Source: Eledone cirrhosa
Taxonomy: Eukaryota
DNA length: 64,000 nucleotides
Reading direction: 5' to 3'
Assembly: GCA_964016885.1 (NCBI GenBank)
Contig: CAXHJY010000183.1
Location: forward strand, 15,769 to 79,768
Shown here: one piece after another, positions 51,584 to 64,000 of the stretch
How the letters are laid out: each line of letters opens with the position of its first letter
How positions within the stretch are numbered: position 1 is the stretch's first letter
Notes under the pieces: generated by a model
Told to the model about the DNA's origin: nothing
The model's database searches: none
What the model saw: only the letters and a program-made list of their open reading frames with translations
Position numbers and translations under genes: made by a program

Positions 51584-51585
51584 TA

Positions 51586-51825
51586 CAGGTTGAGCATAAA
51601 GTCTTTCCTTGACTTTAAATTACCATATCTCGTATACTATTTAAAATTTTACTTTTTCATCATTTTAATTTATAAATTTCAAGTTTAAAATTTTTTCTGA
51701 AATATGTTTTACATTCTCTCTTCTATAGGAAGTAGTTGTAATTTTCAATAACGAAATGGCATCTATGAAAAAAAACCCCAAAACTCAGTGTGTTTTGTGG
51801 TTTCAAAGACTTTATGCTCAACCTG
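51586..51825. mobile_element. Tc1/mariner deletion derivative (MITE)
   Basis: TIR caggttgagcataaagtcttt and aaagactttatgctcaacctg. Retains a transposase-start remnant (QCVLWF). Confidence 0.75.
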
Positions 51826-52483
51826 TCCTCCTTATCATCATCGTCTAACATCCATCTTCCACACTAGCATAGGTTAGACTGTATATATATTTGCTGTATA
51901 AATATATATTTACAAAGGTGATATTATTATAAAGGCATATATATTTATATACACACATTATTATAAATACATATATATTTATTTATAAAGGTGGCATATT
52001 TATAAATGTATATTTATTATGAATATATAGATATATATTTACAAAGGTGACATTATTATATAATTATATATACACACATTATTATATACAAAGGTGAGAT
52101 TATTATAAAGGCAGTAATAGAGTAGAAATATTTTCATTAATTTCTCAAGAGGGTTTATGTCTTCTTATGATTTAAATTACTGGACGTTTGTGCTGCCAAG
52201 ATGAAATGTTGAATGTATTTATAACATGTTTATTATTATTATTAAGGGCGGTGGATTGGTAGTATCTGTACAGTGTCAGACACCATGCTTTGAAGCATAG
52301 AGTTACGGCCCTTTACGTTCTGAATTCAAACCCCAGCGAGGTTAACTTTGCCTTTCATATGGGGGTCGATAAAATAAAGCACCAGTAATGCACTGGGGTC
52401 GATATAATTGATTTGGCCCCTCCCCTTCAAATTGCGGGCCTTGTGCCTATAGTAGAAATCATCATTATTATTATTATTATCAT

Positions 52484-53320
52484 CCGGAGAACTTTCAGCC
52501 CAGGGCCTATGGATAACTTCCAAAAATCCCTGGCCTGGCAGTGCTACCGGGGAGCGCTGCCGGTTCGAGATAAGCTCTACAGGCACGGAAGTGCCGTCAG
52601 CCGAGCCTGTCCGAGATGCGCGCAGAGTGACGAAGCCGTCGTGCACGCACTCATTCAGTGTCCGAGCATTGCTGACTTGTGGAGCTATGTCGAACAGTTG
52701 CTGTCGCATGTCGGACTGATCCGGTTGTCGACTGAGTCCATTGTGCAGATCGTCTCGCCGTCTTCCTTCGAGGAGGAAGGGCAGGCGGTTTTCATCTGCC
52801 TGGTGGCCATGGCGAAAGAGATTGTGTGGTGGACAAGGTTGAAAGGGTTAAAGACAGATACTTTCCTCTTCGGCAAATCCCTAATTTACTTTATCAAGTT
52901 TCACTTGAAGAGGAAAATCAGAGTCGAGAGGCAAGTGCTGTCTTCTAGCAAGTTTGTTGAAAGGTGGGTGAATGTAGCGAGAATGGTCCAAGTGAACGGG
53001 ACCGCTCTGAATATACGCCTGTAGTTTGAGAAATGGAAAAATTGAGAGAGGGCGCTTGCCCTGGTGGTCAGGGTGGCCGTGGTCTTTTGTGTGGTTTTTC
53101 GCCACGAGTAACCCTTGGAGGTTTCCCCCCTATTGGGGAATTTTTAATTGTTTCAATTTTCATTTTTATTGTTTATATATATATATATATATGTTTCTAT
53201 GTCTTTTTCTTTTCTTATATAACTAATAAAAATATTGACATGCACAAAACCCACATCGTACCGTCCTGTGCTGTCTGTAATGTTTTTCTTGATATCAGCC
53301 CTTGTGGCCAATAAAGAAAT
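52484..53320 (+). mobile_element. 5'-truncated L1/Tx1-clade LINE (zf-RVT C-terminus plus 3'UTR)
   Basis: W..YRGALPVRDKL...CPRC...HALIQC. Ends cccttgtggccAATAAA. Flanked by similar aaatcat(tat)ncatc tracts. Confidence 0.85.
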
Positions 53321-53589
53321 CATTATTATTATTATCATCATCAGGCTTTATATTACATACTGGCATTGCCTTGGGTATATGTTTTATATTTTGGTGGTGG
53401 TCTTTAATATGTGTGCAATGCCCTGTAGTCCTATTTTCTGTATTGTGTGTGTATATCTGATGAGATGTCAAAAAGGAATCGGACCCCGTCACCTTGATTG
53501 TGCCCTGAGCTGATCGATAGCAAAACAATTGAATATACAAATAAAGTTTGTAAATATGCTGACTTCGATTCTTGTAAATCTCTCTCTCT

Positions 53590-53625
<36 letters not shown>

Positions 53626-53647
53626 AAAGTAAACAACACAATATAAC

Positions 53648-53719
53648 TACTCCATTACCAAAGGTTTCAGGACCCTAGACAATATTAACATACGCCTAGT
53701 TCACTCATCAGATAAAATA
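53648..53719 (-). ncRNA. Type I hammerhead ribozyme with a long stem II
   Basis: tattttat CTGATGA g..ctaggcg/tgtctag..t GAAA CC-ttt-GG TA atggagta. The base of stem II is imperfect. Confidence 0.7.
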
Positions 53720-53852
53720 TTGATATTATGGATATATGAAATAAAAATAAAATTCTATTGAAATTGAAAGTGAGGGAAATTTTAATTAAATACCTCTGTA
53801 TTATACGTAGAGCACTCTTTTTTCCTTTGCTTTTTCTTCGAAAATACCTAAC

Positions 53853-53883
<31 letters not shown>

Positions 53884-53919
53884 CATAAATAAATATATAT
53901 ATCTCTATATATATATATA

Positions 53920-53963
<44 letters not shown>

Positions 53964-53985
53964 TATAGATCTCTATATATATATA

Positions 53986-54033
<48 letters not shown>

Positions 54034-54059
54034 TATAGATCTCTATATATATATAGATG

Positions 54060-54091
<32 letters not shown>

Positions 54092-54113
54092 TATAGATCT
54101 CTCTATATATATA

Positions 54114-54171
<58 letters not shown>

Positions 54172-54272
54172 AATAAATATATATATATATCTATATATAT
54201 ATATAGATGTATATATATATATATATATAAATAAATATACACAGGTGTGTATGATTGTGTATAGAAGATTAT

Positions 54273-54582
54273 ATTAATAAAAGGAATTCCAACTTTGCCT
54301 GATTTACTCGTTTTATTTACAATCCTTTAAAATGTATAATGGTATTAGAATGAAATAGTATGGTAGAATATTAAATGTTAAGTGTAATTGAACAAGTTTG
54401 CAATTCTTGACTGTCACCACAGAATATGAATCTGAAGATCGCGAAAGCATGAAATTACTTGTTCAATTAACGCTTAACATTTAATATTCTACCATACTAT
54501 TTCATTCTAAGACCATTATACATTTTAAAGGATTGTAAATAAAATGAGTAAATCAGACAAAGTTGGAATTCCTTTTATTAAT
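54273..54582. mobile_element. Fold-back element (~125-bp arms) with a hammerhead in the loop
   Basis: 54273-54397 is the reverse complement of 54457-54582. Loop reads tgaat CTGAAGA tcgc-gaaa-gcat GAAA TTAC TT gttca. Confidence 0.8.
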
Positions 54583-55493
<911 letters not shown>

Positions 55494-56624
55494 CTAGCTC
55501 CTTCAACTGCGCAGAGGGTTCTATAGAAATAGTGGATAGCTTCCGTTATCTGGGTGACAAAATCAGCAGTGGGGGAGGGTGCTCTGAAAGTACAGTAGCT
55601 AGAGTCAGAACTGGATGGAAAAAGTTCAGAGAGCTTATACCACTATTAGCCGCTAGAGGGTTCTCCCTAAAAATGAAAGGCAGGTTATACGATGCCTGCA
55701 TACGAACAGCAATGCTGCATGGCAGTGAGACCTGGGCATTGTGTGCAGAGGATATACGCAGACTAGAGAGGAACGAAGCTTGCATGCTCCGCTGGATGTG
55801 CAATAGTAATATACGTGAACGGCAAAGCATAAACGAACTAAGGAAAAAATTAGAAATAAGAGGGATCAGATGTTGTTTACTCGAGAGAAGGCTACGTTGG
55901 TACGGTCACGTGATGCGCATGAAAGACGACAGCTGTATAACAAAGTGCAGGGCAATAAAGATAGACGGTAGCCACGGAGTAGGCAGACCCAGAAAAACAT
56001 GGGACGAGCTGTTAATTTCCGACCTCACACGCTTACACCTCTCCAAGACAATGTCACTGGACCGAGACCTTTGGCGGTACTCAGTAATAGAGAAGACCCG
56101 CCTTACCTAAATACAAAGTAAAAACCTACTACAGTCAGTAGGCACCTCTATCAAAACACACCCCCGTCCCACCACCTCCACCTCCACCCCACCCACACCG
56201 CCCCTTTCAATGTAAAGTTATGTTGGCCCCACAACATCCAGGCCGAAACAAATGAGATCGTGTAGGTGTCACGACAAAAAACACACAGTCCACGCTGTAA
56301 ATGTGGCCGTGTAGGCAACACGGTAAAAACCTCCCAGCCCACACTGTAAATGTGGTTGGTGTTAGGAAGGGCATCCAGCTGTAGAAAACCCGCCAGACAG
56401 TCCACGCTGTAATGTGGCCGTGTAGGCAACACGGTAAAAACCTCCCAGCCCCACACTGTAAATGTGGTTGGTGTTAGGAAGGGCATCCAACTGTAGAAAA
56501 CCCGCCAGACAGTCCTATGCGAGCAAGACAACCACTCTTGCCTCAAGTGGGAAAACCCCCGTCCAAACCCATGCAAGCGTGGAACACGGACGCTAAACCT
56601 GATGATGATGATGATGATGATGAT
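55494..56624 (+). mobile_element. 5'-truncated RTE family B copy with a ~115-bp duplication in the 3'UTR
   Basis: SSFNCAEGS...EKTRLT* is nearly identical to the end of ORF 43800-46772. The cagtccacgctgtaa...cccgccagacag unit is present twice. Confidence 0.93.
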
Positions 56625-56641
56625 GTATATATATATATATG

Positions 56642-56706
<65 letters not shown>

Positions 56707-56765
56707 GTATATATATATACATATATATATATATACATATATATATATATGTATATATATATATG

Positions 56766-56798
<33 letters not shown>

Positions 56799-56806
56799 GT
56801 ATATAT

Positions 56807-57255
56807 CATCATCATCATCATCAACGTTTAACGTCCGTGTTCCACGCTTGCATGGGTTTGGACGGGGGTAGTCCCACTTGAGGCAAGAGTGATTGTCTTG
56901 CTCGCATAGGACTGTCTGGCAGGTTTTCTACAGTTGGATGCCCTTCCTAACACCAACCACATTTACAGTGTGGGTCTGGCAGGTTTTTACCGTGTTGCCT
57001 ACACAGCCACATTACAGCGTGGACTGTGTGTTTTTTTGTCGTGACACCTACACGATCTCATTTGTTTCGGCCTCGATGGCGCGGCACCAACATAACTTTA
57101 CATAGAACAGGGTGGTGTGGATGGGGTGGGGGTGGTGGGACGGGGTGTATTTTGTTAGAGATGCCTACTGGCTGGAGTAGGTTTTACTATATATTTAGGT
57201 AAGGCGGGTCTTCTCTGTTACTGAGTACCGCCAAAGGTCTCGGTCCAGTGACATT
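56807..57255 (-). mobile_element. Short 3' fragment of RTE family B
   Basis: Near-identical to 43408-43860. (CAT)n on one side and (GAT)n on the other. Confidence 0.93.
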
Positions 57256-57281
57256 GATGATGATGATGATGATGATATATG

Positions 57282-57416
<135 letters not shown>

Positions 57417-57439
57417 ATATATATATATAAATATATATA

Positions 57440-58193
<754 letters not shown>

Positions 58194-58682
58194 TGGTTTC
58201 AACACACATTTTCAGATAAAGAATCTTGCTAAACAAATTCAGAAACGAAATATATATATATATATATATATAGATGTATATATATAGATGTATATATATA
58301 TATATAGAAAGAGATGTATATATATAGAGAGAGAGATGTATATATATATATAGAGAGAGAGATGTATATATATATAGATGTATATATATATATAGATGTA
58401 TATATATAAATATAGATGTATATATATATATATAGATGTATATATATAAATATAGATGTATATACCCTTGCAACCAGGGAAAAGCGGACTTAAAATGATG
58501 ATGATGCTGATATATATAGATATATATATATATAGATGTATATATATATATATCTATATCTATATGTATATATATATATATAGATATGTATATATATATA
58601 TATATGTATATATATATAGATATGTATATATATATATATATGTATATATATATAGATATGTATATATATATATATGTATGTG

Positions 58683-58824
<142 letters not shown>

Positions 58825-59176
58825 TAAAGTTAGTCCTTCATCAGTGATCTTCCAACCATCATTGGTATTTCATCGCTTTAAAGACCATATACCGGTTGGT
58901 GCGAGCAATGGCTAAAAAAGGTCGTTGGACTCACTCTCTGTTACTACCTCTCCTCCTCCTCGTTTGACCTGTGCGTAATTCTTTTCTTTCGCACACTTGG
59001 TCAGGCTGGTTCGCTTTTTTTTCTCTCTCTCGTCTACGATTTCACAGAACTTATGTTCACTGAATTCACGGACTAGACCCCTTCTTCCTCCCGTTAGACC
59101 TGTACGGAATTCCTTCCTTGCTCACATTTCAACCAGGTCTGATGGTCTTTATTCTCTCTCGTTCACGATTTCACCG

Positions 59177-63556
<4,380 letters not shown>

Positions 63557-63706
63557 TAGATTTTGAGTTTATGTTGGTTGTATACCAACACCTCAGTATG
63601 CAGGCTGGAGCACTCGACGAAGTGCGCAGGTTGGTTTGGTTACTCCGGAGTAGTGTAAAATAAAGTTAAATAAAAGTCAAATGATTAAAATTTAGCTTCG
63701 TTTATT

Positions 63707-63761
63707 ACTGCTATATATATTTCAGTGACAGCCATCTTTGGCTGTGACCTCTTCAGGCAGT
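63707..63761 (-). ncRNA. Minimal type I hammerhead ribozyme
   Basis: actgc CTGAAGA ggtcacagcc-aaagat-ggctgtcact GAAA TATATA TA gcagt, immediately followed by AATAAA. Confidence 0.88.
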
Positions 63762-64000
63762 TTGAATTAGTATGGTATAGACAAGTACATATGTTGTTTA
63801 GGTGTATGATATTGTCAATACTCTGATATGCCCAGTTCCTTGCTGGGTTGTTAATTCACTGGGGAACTGGAGTCATATGAATTCAAACAAACGAATTTTC
63901 GTGTCACAGGTCCCCTTCTCCTCTCATTGGTCAGTTATTAGTGTTGTCATTGTTGGAGTTAGCTTAAAAATTGATAAAATGGTAGAAGGGACAAGGTGTT

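Overview
AT-rich, repeat-saturated eukaryotic DNA with no prokaryotic genes. The mix of RTE LINEs, tRNA-CORE SINEs and massive (TA)n/(CA)n tracts suggests a cephalopod such as Octopus (inference). The window holds two near-full-length RTE retrotransposons: 27254-30322 is intact, and 43800-46772 has an RT catalytic Asp-to-Asn change. It also holds several RTE, Dong/R4 and L1/Tx1 fragments, a mariner relic, a DD37D (maT) relic, MITEs and two SINE families. Tandem DNA includes a 7.7-kb 25-bp satellite with a ~1.74-kb higher-order period and a 4.4-kb nearly pure A/T tract. A candidate 18-nt microexon suggests the window may be intronic to a minus-strand host gene. The most striking unannotated signal is about 15 minimal type I hammerhead ribozyme motifs (CUGANGA-stem II-GAAA-short, often palindromic stem III-UH). 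They sit in roughly ten unrelated short non-coding elements, mostly beside (TA)n. Many form fold-back palindromes whose axis or breakpoint falls in or next to the ribozyme helices. This points to a Penelope-pLTR/retrozyme-like system with snap-back copying. All motifs were read by eye and no activity is demonstrated.
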